The notes under the pieces: generated by a model
The model's input: the letters and a program-made list of their open reading frames with translations, nothing else
The model's database searches: none
Told to the model about the DNA's origin: nothing
Shown here: piece after piece, positions 35,447-46,135 of the stretch
How positions within the stretch are numbered: position 1 is the first letter of the stretch
Layout of the letters: every line of letters starts with the position of its first letter
NCBI GenBank assembly: GCA_963716255.1
Contig: OY970303.1
Span: 6,432,001 to 6,496,000, forward strand
Length of the DNA stretch: 64,000 bases
DNA from: an uncultured Gemmatimonadales bacterium
GTDB taxonomy: Bacteria > Gemmatimonadota > Gemmatimonadetes > Longimicrobiales > Longimicrobiaceae
Reading direction: 5' to 3'
Position numbers and translations under genes: made by a program

Positions 35447-35918
35447 GCGCCGCTTCGGTGTCCTGCGTCTGACGGGTCTGATCGCTGCCGTCGTTCTCGG
35501 CTCATGCGATGGAATCACTCAAGCGCGTCCGGTCAGGGGAGCCGGGCCGGAGACATCTTCTGCCCCCCGGGAGGAAAAGATGGGCAAGCTCCCTGTTTCC
35601 ATGCGGAGCGCGTTTTCCGTCGAGGAGGTTTCTGCGGCGTCGCTCGTGCTCGCCAAGAACAACGAGGCGTATGCACGGGAGCTCACGGATGCCCTCATGG
35701 GCGGGTCGCTGGACGTGGACGACGAGTTCCTCACCATCCTCGCCATGATGTCCGACGACCTCGCGGTGCGGGTGGGAGGGCTGCGCGGGCTCACGCCGGA
35801 ACAGTCCGTTGAATGGACGGGAGGTCTCCTGAAGGAGCACGGCCACCCGACGACGTGGAAAGTCGAGTGGGTGGACGAAGAAGAAGACGACGAGGCCGTC
35901 CCACCCCCCGATCCGTGA
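35421..35918 (+). CDS. hypothetical lipoprotein with acidic C-terminus
   Basis: RRR, hydrophobic stretch and VLGSC lipobox; overlaps the upstream ORF end. Confidence 0.62.
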   Translation: MERSKDYARRRFGVLRLTGLIAAVVLGSCDGITQARPVRGAGPETSSAPREEKMGKLPVSMRSAFSVEEVSAASLVLAKNNEAYARELTDALMGGSLDVDDEFLTILAMMSDDLAVRVGGLRGLTPEQSVEWTGGLLKEHGHPTTWKVEWVDEEEDDEAVPPPDP

Positions 35919-36148
35919 CTTCGTGAGCCGACACCGCCCGCTCGGCCCATCGGCGACAGGCACGCCGGCCGCGGGTGGGCGGCGCTCCGACGCGTGGGGC
36001 GCCGCCCCACCGCCGTCGCGGACGATCCCCTACTTCCTGCCCCGGCACCCTCCCCCTACATTCCCGCCCCATCGCGCCGCGGCCCGGCCCCACGCCGGAG
36101 CCACGTCCGCACTCCCGCACTTTCGAACTCCCGCCCTTCCGCAAAACC

Positions 36149-38257
36149 ATGCTCGACGCGCTCCTCCGGCCCCGCTCCGTCGCCGTCGTGGGCGCCAGCC
36201 GCACGCCCGACACCATCGGCTACCAGATCCTGGACAACCTGGTGCGGCACGGCTTCACCGGCGCCGTGTACCCGGTGAACCCCTCCGCCGCGTCCGTCCA
36301 CTCCATCCGCGCCTATGCTTCGGTGGAGGACGTTCCCGAGCCGGTGGACCTGGCCGTGGTGGTGGTGCCCAAGCAGCACGTGCAGGCCGTCGCCGAGGCG
36401 TGCGGGCGCAAGGGCGTGGGGGCGATGGTGGTGATCTCCGCCGGCTTCCGGGAGATCGGCGGGGCGGGGGTGGAGCGCGAGCGCGAGCTGGTGGCGACGG
36501 TGAGGAAGCACGGGATGCGGCTGGTGGGCCCCAACTGCATGGGGGTCATGAACACCGAGCCCGGCGTGTCCATGAACGCCACCTTCGCGCCCACCATGCC
36601 CCCGGCCGGCCCCGTCGCCTTCCTCAGCCAGTCCGGGGCGATGGGCGTCACCATCCTGGACTACGCCTCCGAGTACGGCATCGGCATCTCGCAGTTCGTG
36701 TCCGTGGGCAACAAGCCCGACGTGAGCGGCAACGACCTGGTGCAGTACTGGGCCGACGACGAGCGCACCGGCGTCATCCTCATGTACCTGGAGAACTTCG
36801 GCAACCCGCGCCGCTTCACCCAGCTGGCGCGCGAGATCACCCGCCGCAAGCCCATCATCGCGGTGAAGTCCGGGCGCACCGGGGCCGGCGCCCGCGCCGC
36901 CTCCTCGCACACCGGCGCGCTGGCCGGAACCGACGCCGCCACCGACGCCCTGCTGCGGCAGTGCGGCGTCCTGCGCGCCGAGACGGTGGAGGAGATGTTC
37001 GACCTGGCGATGGCCTTTTCCCACCAGCCCATCCCCCGCGGCAACCGCGTCGCCATCGTCACCAACGCAGGGGGCCCGGGGATCATCATCGCCGACGCCT
37101 GCGAGGCGCACGGGCTGGAGGTGGTGGAGCTGACGGAAGCCACCCGGGCCCACCTGGCGGCCCACTTCCCCGAGGAAGCGTCGCTGCGCAACCCGGTGGA
37201 CATGATCGCCTCCGCCAGGGCGCAGAGCTACCGCGTCGCCGTGGAGGCCGTGCTCGCCGATCCCGGCGTGGACGCCGTGATCGCCACCTTCGTCCCGCCG
37301 CTGGGCGTGCGCCAGGAGGACGTCGCCGAGGCCATCGTGGACGTGGCCGCCGGCCAGCGGGAAAAGCCGGTGCTCGCCGTGCTGATGGGGCGCCAGGGGC
37401 TGCCGCAGGGCCTCGCCGAGCTGAACGCCGCCGGCATCCCCGGCTACCGCTTCCCCGAGTCCGCCGTGCGCGCCCTCGCCGCCATGTACCGCCAGCGCCG
37501 CTGGCTGGAGCGCCCCGTGGGCCGGGTGCGCACCTTCCCCGTGGACCGCGCCGCCGTGGCCGCCATCCTGGAGGCGGCCCGCGCCGCGGGCCGCGAGAAG
37601 CTGTCCGAGACCGAGGTGATGCGCGTGCTGGAGGCGTACGGCATCCCCGTCGCCCCGTACGCCGTCGCGCGCACCGCGGACGAGGCGGAGGCCGCCGCCG
37701 CGGCGATCGGCTGGCCGGTGGTGCTCAAGGTCCTGTCGCCGCGCATCGTCCACAAGTCGGACGTGGGCGGCGTGGTGGTGGGCGTGGAGGACGCCGCGGG
37801 GGTGCGGGCGGCCTTCGCGCGCCTGACCACGGAGGTGCCGGAGCGGGCGGGGATCGGGGCGGGGGAGGTGGAGGGCGTGCTGGTGCAGAAGATGGTGTCG
37901 GGCGGGCGGGAGACCATCGTGGGGATGCACACCGACCCGCAGTTCGGGCCGCTGCTGATGTTCGGCCTGGGCGGGATCTACGTGGAGGCGCTGGGCGACG
38001 TGGTCTTCCGCGTCACCCCCGTGTCCGACGTGGACGCGCACGAGATGGTGCGCTCCATCCGCGGCGCCGCGCTCCTGGCCGGCGTCCGCGGCGAGGCCCC
38101 CGCGGACCTGGCCGCCGTGGAGGAGGTCATCCAGCGCATCGGCCAGCTGGTGGACGACCACGACGCCATCCGCGAGCTGGACGTGAACCCCTGGCTCGCC
38201 TTCGCGGAGGGCGGAGTGGCCGTGGACGGCCGCATCTCCGTGCGCCTGGCGCCATGA
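36149..38257 (+). CDS. ADP-forming acetate/acyl-CoA ligase (fused alpha-beta, ATP-grasp)
   Basis: PRSVAVVGAS, GPNCMG, SQSGA, SHTGALAG, HKSDVGGV, DPQFGP. Confidence 0.92.
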   Translation: MLDALLRPRSVAVVGASRTPDTIGYQILDNLVRHGFTGAVYPVNPSAASVHSIRAYASVEDVPEPVDLAVVVVPKQHVQAVAEACGRKGVGAMVVISAGFREIGGAGVERERELVATVRKHGMRLVGPNCMGVMNTEPGVSMNATFAPTMPPAGPVAFLSQSGAMGVTILDYASEYGIGISQFVSVGNKPDVSGNDLVQYWADDERTGVILMYLENFGNPRRFTQLAREITRRKPIIAVKSGRTGAGARAASSHTGALAGTDAATDALLRQCGVLRAETVEEMFDLAMAFSHQPIPRGNRVAIVTNAGGPGIIIADACEAHGLEVVELTEATRAHLAAHFPEEASLRNPVDMIASARAQSYRVAVEAVLADPGVDAVIATFVPPLGVRQEDVAEAIVDVAAGQREKPVLAVLMGRQGLPQGLAELNAAGIPGYRFPESAVRALAAMYRQRRWLERPVGRVRTFPVDRAAVAAILEAARAAGREKLSETEVMRVLEAYGIPVAPYAVARTADEAEAAAAAIGWPVVLKVLSPRIVHKSDVGGVVVGVEDAAGVRAAFARLTTEVPERAGIGAGEVEGVLVQKMVSGGRETIVGMHTDPQFGPLLMFGLGGIYVEALGDVVFRVTPVSDVDAHEMVRSIRGAALLAGVRGEAPADLAAVEEVIQRIGQLVDDHDAIRELDVNPWLAFAEGGVAVDGRISVRLAP

Positions 38258-38339
38258 AGCCGCTCCCGCTGGCCCGCCGCGCGGCGGCGCAGTAGATTGC
38301 CCGCCGGACCGAGTCCCTTTTTCAACAGGATGGAATCCC

Positions 38340-38465
38340 GTGAGCGAGTCCGCACTCCTTGTCCTGCGCAACGCCGGCGTCTTCGGCCTGGTCACCCTGG
38401 CCATCTACGGCGCCTGCCTGCTGATGATCCGCGTGGAGGACAACCGCGCCAAGCGCCGCAAGTAG
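38340..38465 (+). CDS. 41-aa single-TM small protein (absent from the ORF track)
   Basis: MSESALLVLRNAGVFGLVTLAIYGACLLMIRVEDNRAKRRK; GTG start after AGGATGGA; GC3-rich codons. Confidence 0.6.
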   Translation: MSESALLVLRNAGVFGLVTLAIYGACLLMIRVEDNRAKRRK

Positions 38466-38554
38466 CCCCGGCCGGCCCGTCGCGCCGCACGCCGCCCCCG
38501 CCCGGACTCGTCCGCGCGGGGGCGTTCGCGTGCCGGCGGCCCGCCGTTGTCGTT

Positions 38555-38710
38555 GCCGTTCCGCAGTACCCCCCAGAGTCTGTTCGGAGGGAGACTCGCC
38601 GGTAGTTTGGCGAGGCTCACTCCGGCGCAGGGAGACCCGGGGGCAGTTTCCCGGGGCTCCCGGAGCCCGCGTAGGAAACAGGCCGGCAGTTTGGCCTGGT
38701 TCCGGAGCGG
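38555..38710 (-). repeat. repeat family B, copy 3 (inverted)
   Basis: reverse complement matches copies 1 and 2. Confidence 0.88.
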
Positions 38711-38872
38711 TCCCCCGCACCCAACCAGCTACTCACCTGCAGATATGGACGAGGACGGGAACTCGCGCGCCGGGTCCGATCGTATTACACTAGCACCAGG
38801 GGCGCGCCGGAGTGGCCGGTGGACAACGGCCGGCGCCGGGCGCCCGAGTTCCCGTTCCAGCAAGGAGGTTGC

Positions 38873-39121
38873 ATGAGAAAGCCCATCAGCAAGCACGCCC
38901 TTCGCCGCGCCATGGAGAGAGTCCAGGGCGAAGGACTTGTCACATGGAGCGATCCGACGGGGTCGGTGATCGACCGCGTCTGGCACGAGCTGGAAAAGGA
39001 AGCGTTCGGCGCAAAGAAGCCCAGCGGGCGCGACTCCGCGCGCCGGGGGCACGTCCCGGCCCTGGTGGGCGCGCCGGACGAGACCCTGGAGACGGACGAG
39101 CTGGAGGTGGAGCAGGAGTAG
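38873..39121 (+). CDS. hypothetical protein (82 aa)
   Basis: AAGGAGG RBS before MRKPISKH. Confidence 0.65.
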   Translation: MRKPISKHALRRAMERVQGEGLVTWSDPTGSVIDRVWHELEKEAFGAKKPSGRDSARRGHVPALVGAPDETLETDELEVEQE

Positions 39122-39158
39122 CCGGCCGCGCGCAGCCGTCCACCGCGCCGAGGGCTCG

Positions 39159-40417
39159 TTGAGCCGCTCCGCGGGCGCGTCGGGGAGCCCCGGGAAGTCC
39201 CGGGGCTCCCTTCGCGCGGAGGTCCTCTTCAACCTCGCCTTCCTGGCCTTCGCGGCCGTCGTCCTCGCCCTCTGGACCGCCTCCGTCCTCGACGTCGCCG
39301 CCATGGGCGCGCGCGGGGCGCTGGGCGCCATCCTCCTCCTCGCGGCCGCCGACGTGGCGGTGTTCGCGCTGCTGGGGAGCTACCTGCTGGGGCGGCTGGT
39401 GGTCCGCCCCCTTTCCGAGGCCGCCGACGCCGCCACCGCCATCGCCGACGGCGACTACCAGCGCCGCGTCCCCGGGGGCGGCACCCGCGAGATGGACGCC
39501 CTCGCCGCCGCGCTCAACCGCCTCACCGACCAGATGCTCCACAACCAGACCCGGCTGGCCGAGAACGTCCGCTCGCTGGACGAGACCAACCGCCTGCTGG
39601 TGGCCACCCAGAGCGACCTGGTGCAGGCCGAGAAGCTGGCCGGCATCGGCCGGCTGGCGGCCGGCGTGGCGCACGAGGTGGGGAACCCGCTGGGGGCGCT
39701 GATGGGCTACGCCGGCATCCTGCGCCGCCGCGGCGGCGACGCCGAGATGCTCGACGGCGTGGAGCGCGAGGCGCGCCGCATCGACCGCATCGTCCGCTCG
39801 CTCCTGCAGTACGCGCGGCCGCACCCCGGGGAGCGCGAGCGCGAGCCGGTGGACGTCAACGCCTCCCTGCTGCGGGTGGTGGAGCTGCTCCGGCAGCAGG
39901 GGCGGCTCGCCGACGTGGAGGTACGCCTCCAGCTCGCCCCCGGCCTTCCCCTCATCGACGCCGTGGCCCACGACGTGGACCAGGTGTTCGTCAACCTGGT
40001 CGCCAACGCCGAGCTGGCCATGGAGGGGCGCGGCGTGCTCACCGTCAACACCACGCTTCGCCGCTTCGAGCCCGCGCGGCGCATCCCGCCCCGCCGCGCC
40101 GACGACCCGCCGGGGGTGGACTACAGCCACCTGCGCCGCCCGCGGCACGGCTCGCAGCGCGACGCCCACCGGCTGGAGCCGGGGGACGAGATCGTGCAGG
40201 TGGTGGTCGCCGACACCGGGCCCGGGATTCCCCCCGAGCTGGTGGAGGCCGTGTTCGACCCCTTCTTCACCACCCGCCAGCCCGGCGAGGGGACCGGCCT
40301 GGGGCTCGCCATCGTCGCCAGCACGGTGACCGAGTTCGGCGGGCGCGTGGAGGTCACCTCCGCAAACGGCGGGGGCGCGGTGTTCACCCTTTCCTTTCCC
40401 ACCGGCAGGGAGCCATC

Positions 40418-40421
<4 letters not shown>
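39159..40421 (+). CDS. HAMP-domain sensor histidine kinase
   Basis: 2 TM helices, HAMP, AHEVGNPL, NLVANA, DTGPGI, FDPFFTT, GTGLGL. Confidence 0.93.
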
Positions 40422-41779
<1,358 letters not shown>

Positions 41780-41803
41780 TCGACAACGGCCTGAACTGAA
41801 ACT

Positions 41804-42018
41804 GCGGGTTCGGGCGTGCCCCCGGCTGGCGCCGGGGTCGGGCTTCGGCTCCGTAACGCACGAAACAACCGTGCGTAACGGAGTCGAGCCCGCGCAAACT
41901 GCGCGCGGTCTCGCCCCTTCGGGCCGAAATCCCTCACGCGGTCTCGCGCTGGCGTCCGTGGGAGGCCCCCACCCGGCTCGCTTAGGCTCGCCACCCTCCC
42001 CCAATTCTGGGGGAGGGT
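41804..42018 (+). repeat. repeat family A, copy 10, with 3' REP-like extension
   Basis: consensus core followed by CCCCACCCGGCTCGCTTAGGCTCGCCACCCTCCCCC...GGGGGAGGG. Confidence 0.92.
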
Positions 42019-42352
42019 TTTCTGTCGTTCAGGAATCTGCGCAGGGAGGTCGGGGGAGGGTCCGCAGGCGGTGCGTTTGTTCGAAGCCAGCGTGATCCCG
42101 CGGGCTTGCTCCACCGGTCGGCGAGTTTCGCACCGCCGAAGGAGCCTCCCACGGCCGACCCCAGACACCGGAGCCCGCCGGAGCACATGCCGTCGTCAGC
42201 GCCGGGTGAGGGGCCGTTCGGAAGCCACAAAACAGAGGATTATCGGCAGGGATTCTCGATTACTTTAGACCATTGTGTACGCCCAAAACCGTGTTTACCT
42301 TCGCGCCTCCCGCCGTGCACTTCGTCCATTATTTCCCTCCCGGTATCCCCCC

Positions 42353-42823
42353 ATGCCCCACGCCCGCGACGCCCGTGGCTACACCCTGCTGGAGCTGATC
42401 ACCGTGCTCGTCGTGCTCGCCGTCTGCGCGTCGCTGGCCGCGCCGCGGCTGCACGCCATGGCGTCGCGCATGCGCGCGCGGGCCGCGCTGGACCAGGTGG
42501 CGGCGGACCTGTACCAGGCCCGGGTGCTCGCCATCCGGGAGGGATCGCGCACCGTGATGCGCTTCCGGCGGCGCACCGACCGCGCCGAGTGCCACGCTCC
42601 CAGCTATACCCTCGTGGTCCGCGCCACCCCCGAGCGAATCGCCCGGACCACCACCCTGGACCTCCCCGCGTCCGCCTGCCTGCGGCTGGGGACCGTGGAT
42701 TCCATCACCTTCAACTCGCGGGGGCTGCCGGACGGCGTCGGGCGCAAGGTCGTCCTGCAGCAGGGCGGGGCGACGGACTCGCTCACCTTCTCCCTCCTGG
42801 GGCGAACCTTCCGCCATTACTGA
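42353..42823 (+). CDS. FimT/GspH-like minor pilin
   Basis: prepilin motif G/YTLLEL; ITFNSRG. Confidence 0.85.
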   Translation: MPHARDARGYTLLELITVLVVLAVCASLAAPRLHAMASRMRARAALDQVAADLYQARVLAIREGSRTVMRFRRRTDRAECHAPSYTLVVRATPERIARTTTLDLPASACLRLGTVDSITFNSRGLPDGVGRKVVLQQGGATDSLTFSLLGRTFRHY

Positions 42824-42974
42824 GCGGGAAAATTCCCGTGGTTCCACCCGGGAAACCGCGGAAAACATTTCCGGGGCAGCAAACAGTAGCACCGGCCGGA
42901 GGGGGTGGCGCTGGCAAAAAGCGTTGCGGCGCAACGTTTTTTTGCAGGGCACGCAACTTCCTTAGGGAGGCGGC

Positions 42975-43445
42975 ATGCTTCCCACACGCCCCTCCCTCCG
43001 CGGCTCCCAGAGCGGCTTCACGCTGCTGGAGCTCCTGACCACCCTGGTCGTACTGGCGGTGATGGTGTCGCTGGCGGCGCCCTCCATGAAGGGCGTCACC
43101 ACGCGGGCCCGCACCCGGACCGCCATCGACCAGCTCACGGCCGACGTGTCGCTGGCCCGCATGTACGCCGTGCGGGACGGGCGCCGCACCGTCGTTTCCA
43201 TCGCTTCCGCCACCAAGTACGTCGTGGCGCGCTCCCCCGCCACCGGCTCCAACGACACCATCAAGGTCGTCAACCTGGCGCGGGACGCGGTGGGCGTGAA
43301 GCTCGTCCCTGCCACGGGGCAGCTGACCTTCGATTCCCGCGGTCTCCTGCAGACGGGCTCCCTGACCAAGGTCAAGGCGACCAAGGACTCCAGGAGCGAC
43401 TCCGTCACCATCTCCTCCGTCGGACGCACCTACCGTGACTACTGA
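42975..43445 (+). CDS. FimT/FimU-like minor pilin
   Basis: [23 protein letters not shown]. Confidence 0.88.
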   Translation: MLPTRPSLRGSQSGFTLLELLTTLVVLAVMVSLAAPSMKGVTTRARTRTAIDQLTADVSLARMYAVRDGRRTVVSIASATKYVVARSPATGSNDTIKVVNLARDAVGVKLVPATGQLTFDSRGLLQTGSLTKVKATKDSRSDSVTISSVGRTYRDY

Positions 43446-43836
43446 TCGTGCCCGGGCCGCGGGCGAGAGCGGGTTCACCCTCATCGAGGTGCTGATCGCC
43501 ATGGTGATCCTCGCGGTGGGGCTGATGGGGCTGGAGGCGCTCGGCGTGGGCGCGTCCCGCATGGTCAACCGCGCCGAGCGGCAGGGCGCCCTGGTCGCCG
43601 TCGCCAGCGACACCCTGGAGCGCACCCTCAGCCGCTTCCGGACCGCCGCGAGCCCCGCGGCCCTCCCGGACACCAGCCTCGCGTTCCTGACCACCCGCAA
43701 GGACACCATCCGCGTCCGCGTCACCGGCACCGGCACGCGTCTCCGCGCGGTGAGCGTCACCGCCATCCCCAGCCCGTCCTCCAGCGTGCTCAAGCGCGCC
43801 GACAGCCTCCGCATCACCGGCAATGTCTTCCAGTAA
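43435..43836 (+). CDS. pilV: PilV-like minor pilin
   Basis: G/FTLIEVLIAMVILAVGL. Confidence 0.8.
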   Translation: MTTDRARAAGESGFTLIEVLIAMVILAVGLMGLEALGVGASRMVNRAERQGALVAVASDTLERTLSRFRTAASPAALPDTSLAFLTTRKDTIRVRVTGTGTRLRAVSVTAIPSPSSSVLKRADSLRITGNVFQ

Positions 43837-44758
43837 CCGCTCCCCGGACCGGGGACAGGGCGGCTTCACCCTCGTCGAGCTGGTGGTGGCGCTGGTCATC
43901 GCCGGCTTCCTCGCCACGGTGATCTTCCAGCTGGTGCAGGGGCAGAGCCGCTTCAGCGCACTTCAGGGCGCCCGCGCCGAAGTGCAGCAGAACAGCCGCG
44001 GCGCGCTGGAGCTCATCACCAGCGAGATCCGCTCGCTCCCGGCCGGCAGCATCGAGTCCGCGTCCGCCAGCGGCATCCGCTTCCTGCTGCCGCGCGCCTG
44101 GGGGCTGGTGTGCACCACGGCGCCCGCCAGCAGCGGCACGGTGGGCGTGGTGTTCCCTCCGGGGACCTTTCCCTCGGAGTTCCCCACCGACCTGACGACG
44201 GACACCGGCTGGGGGCTCGCCATCCCGGGCTCCGCCGGCGGCTACGTCGCCGCGCGGGTGACGGCGAACACCCTTTCCAACGGCTCCTGCCCCGATTCGC
44301 TCGGGGTGCCGGCGGCGAGCGGCGCGGTGATGCGGCAGCTCACCTACTCCGCGCTCCCGGCAGGCATCAGCGCCGCGAGCGGCACCCCGGTCTTCATCTA
44401 CCAGCGGGTGGAGTACGACGTGGACCTCAGCTCCACCGGCGGCCCCAAGGGCTACTGGGTGCGCCGCAAGAGCGGGGCGGGGAACTCCGAGCCGCTGGCC
44501 GGGCCCCTCCTCACCACCGGTACGGGCGTGTCGAACGGGCTGCGGTTCACCTACCTGTGCCCTGGGCGGGCGCTCACCGCGGCCGAGCTCGCGACAAGCG
44601 CCAACCGCAACCGCATCGCCCGCGTCAAGATCGCGGTCGCCATGCAGAGCCGCAGCCTGACCCGCAACACGTTCAGCGCGAGCACCGGCCAGCAGCAGCA
44701 GACGGACTCGATGACGGTTTCCCTTCGGAACGGCACTGGAGGCCTGGCATGTCCATGA
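43823..44758 (+). CDS. pilW: PilW-like minor pilin
   Basis: G/FTLVELVVA...VQQNSR.ALELI..EIR. Confidence 0.8.
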   Translation: MSSSNRSPDRGQGGFTLVELVVALVIAGFLATVIFQLVQGQSRFSALQGARAEVQQNSRGALELITSEIRSLPAGSIESASASGIRFLLPRAWGLVCTTAPASSGTVGVVFPPGTFPSEFPTDLTTDTGWGLAIPGSAGGYVAARVTANTLSNGSCPDSLGVPAASGAVMRQLTYSALPAGISAASGTPVFIYQRVEYDVDLSSTGGPKGYWVRRKSGAGNSEPLAGPLLTTGTGVSNGLRFTYLCPGRALTAAELATSANRNRIARVKIAVAMQSRSLTRNTFSASTGQQQQTDSMTVSLRNGTGGLACP

Positions 44759-45978
44759 TCTCTCGACGCGTGATGTCCCGCCGGCTGGACGAGCGCGGCG
44801 TCGCGCTCCCGCTGGCGCTCATGGGGCTGGTGGTGGTGTCTCTCCTGGTCACCGCCGCGCTGCTCTCGTCCTCCACCGAGATGGCCACCAGCCAGGCGCG
44901 CACCGACGGCGCCCAGGGGCTGTACCAGGCCGAGGCGGCGGTGGACCGCTACCTCTCGGCCGTGGCCGCGGGCAGCGCGCGGCTCCAGGACAGCAGCGGT
45001 GTACGCACGTACACGCTCGCCGACAACGACGCCAACACCACGGACCCGCGCGTGCAGCTCACCAACACCACGCTGTCGGCGGTGACGGCCGCCAACGGCA
45101 CGGTGACGCGGAGGTTCTCCATCCTTTCCGAGCCCATGCGCGGCAACACCGCGCGCGGCCGGGCCGTGGTGGCCATGGTCACGCAGGCCACGCCGCCGCC
45201 CATCCCGTTCAACACCAACATCAAGTCGGCAATCGCGCTGGGCGGCGACCTGGACGTGAACGGCAATGCCTTCACCATCAGCGGGCGGCGGACGGCGGCC
45301 GACACCTGCGCCACCCGCGGCGTGGACGCGGTGCAGCGCACCAGCGACTCGGACATCACGGCGAACAACGCCAACCACATGCGCAACTTCGTCGGGGAAA
45401 GCACGCTGGGGGTCCAGACCGAGTCGTGGGCGGCGATCACCACCGTCCTCAACAAGACCCGCCAGCAGCTCGCCTACGACGCGCTCGGCCTCGCGCCCGG
45501 GCAGACGCTGGACGACCTGATCGACGCGCTGCCGCCCAGCAAGAAGTTCGGGCCGCGCTTCGGAACCCCCGTCTCCGCCTTCGACGGCCGCGTGGACGCA
45601 TCGGACAAGGTGGCGGTGATCGACGGCAACGGCGGCGCGGTGTCGCTGCAGGGCGACTCCGGCGTGGTCATCGTCGTCAACGGCCACGTGCAGATGCGCG
45701 GCAACGCGTCGTTCAAGGGGATCATCATCGTGGAGGGCAACTTCGACCTGGCGGGGACCCCGCGGGTCAACGGCGCCATCATCAGCATGGGGATCCGCGA
45801 GACCGCCACGGGCAACATCATCAACCTGGACTCCAACGCGGTCGGCAGCGGTCACGTGACGGTGCAGTTCGACAAGTGCGCGATCAAGGCGGCCGAACGA
45901 GCGCTCAGAAACGCGGCGGGGGCTGGGGGGATACCCACGACACTTGCACCGTTCGCGTGGTTCGAAGTGGTACGCTGA
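44749..45978 (+). CDS. pilX: PilX-like minor pilin with beta-rich C-terminal domain
   Basis: ERG/VALPLAL (no Glu5), LYQAEAA; C-terminal GIIIVEG-type repeats. Confidence 0.75.
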   Translation: MSMISRRVMSRRLDERGVALPLALMGLVVVSLLVTAALLSSSTEMATSQARTDGAQGLYQAEAAVDRYLSAVAAGSARLQDSSGVRTYTLADNDANTTDPRVQLTNTTLSAVTAANGTVTRRFSILSEPMRGNTARGRAVVAMVTQATPPPIPFNTNIKSAIALGGDLDVNGNAFTISGRRTAADTCATRGVDAVQRTSDSDITANNANHMRNFVGESTLGVQTESWAAITTVLNKTRQQLAYDALGLAPGQTLDDLIDALPPSKKFGPRFGTPVSAFDGRVDASDKVAVIDGNGGAVSLQGDSGVVIVVNGHVQMRGNASFKGIIIVEGNFDLAGTPRVNGAIISMGIRETATGNIINLDSNAVGSGHVTVQFDKCAIKAAERALRNAAGAGGIPTTLAPFAWFEVVR

Positions 45979-46003
45979 CCGGGGTTTGCCGCAGCAAAGC
46001 TCC

Positions 46004-46032
46004 TTGACGCCCGCAGTCACAGCCCATATCGT
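46004..46032 (+). promoter_or_regulatory. putative sigma70 promoter of pilMNOPQ
   Basis: TTGACG-17 nt-TATCGT. Confidence 0.5.
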
Positions 46033-46135
46033 TTCCGGACACCATCCAAAACATGACGGCGGCCCCCCGGCCGCCGCGCAACTCTCCCGATCGCGGGCGA
46101 CCCTGCCCACGCTCCGTACACACATCGTTTTCCCC

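Noticed and set aside
42912..42961. sigma54 promoter for the pilin genes
   Set aside because: TGGCAAAAAGCGTTGC has 11 nt between GG and GC rather than 10; GGCACGCAACTTCC has the right spacing but lacks the -12 GC and is too close to the ATG
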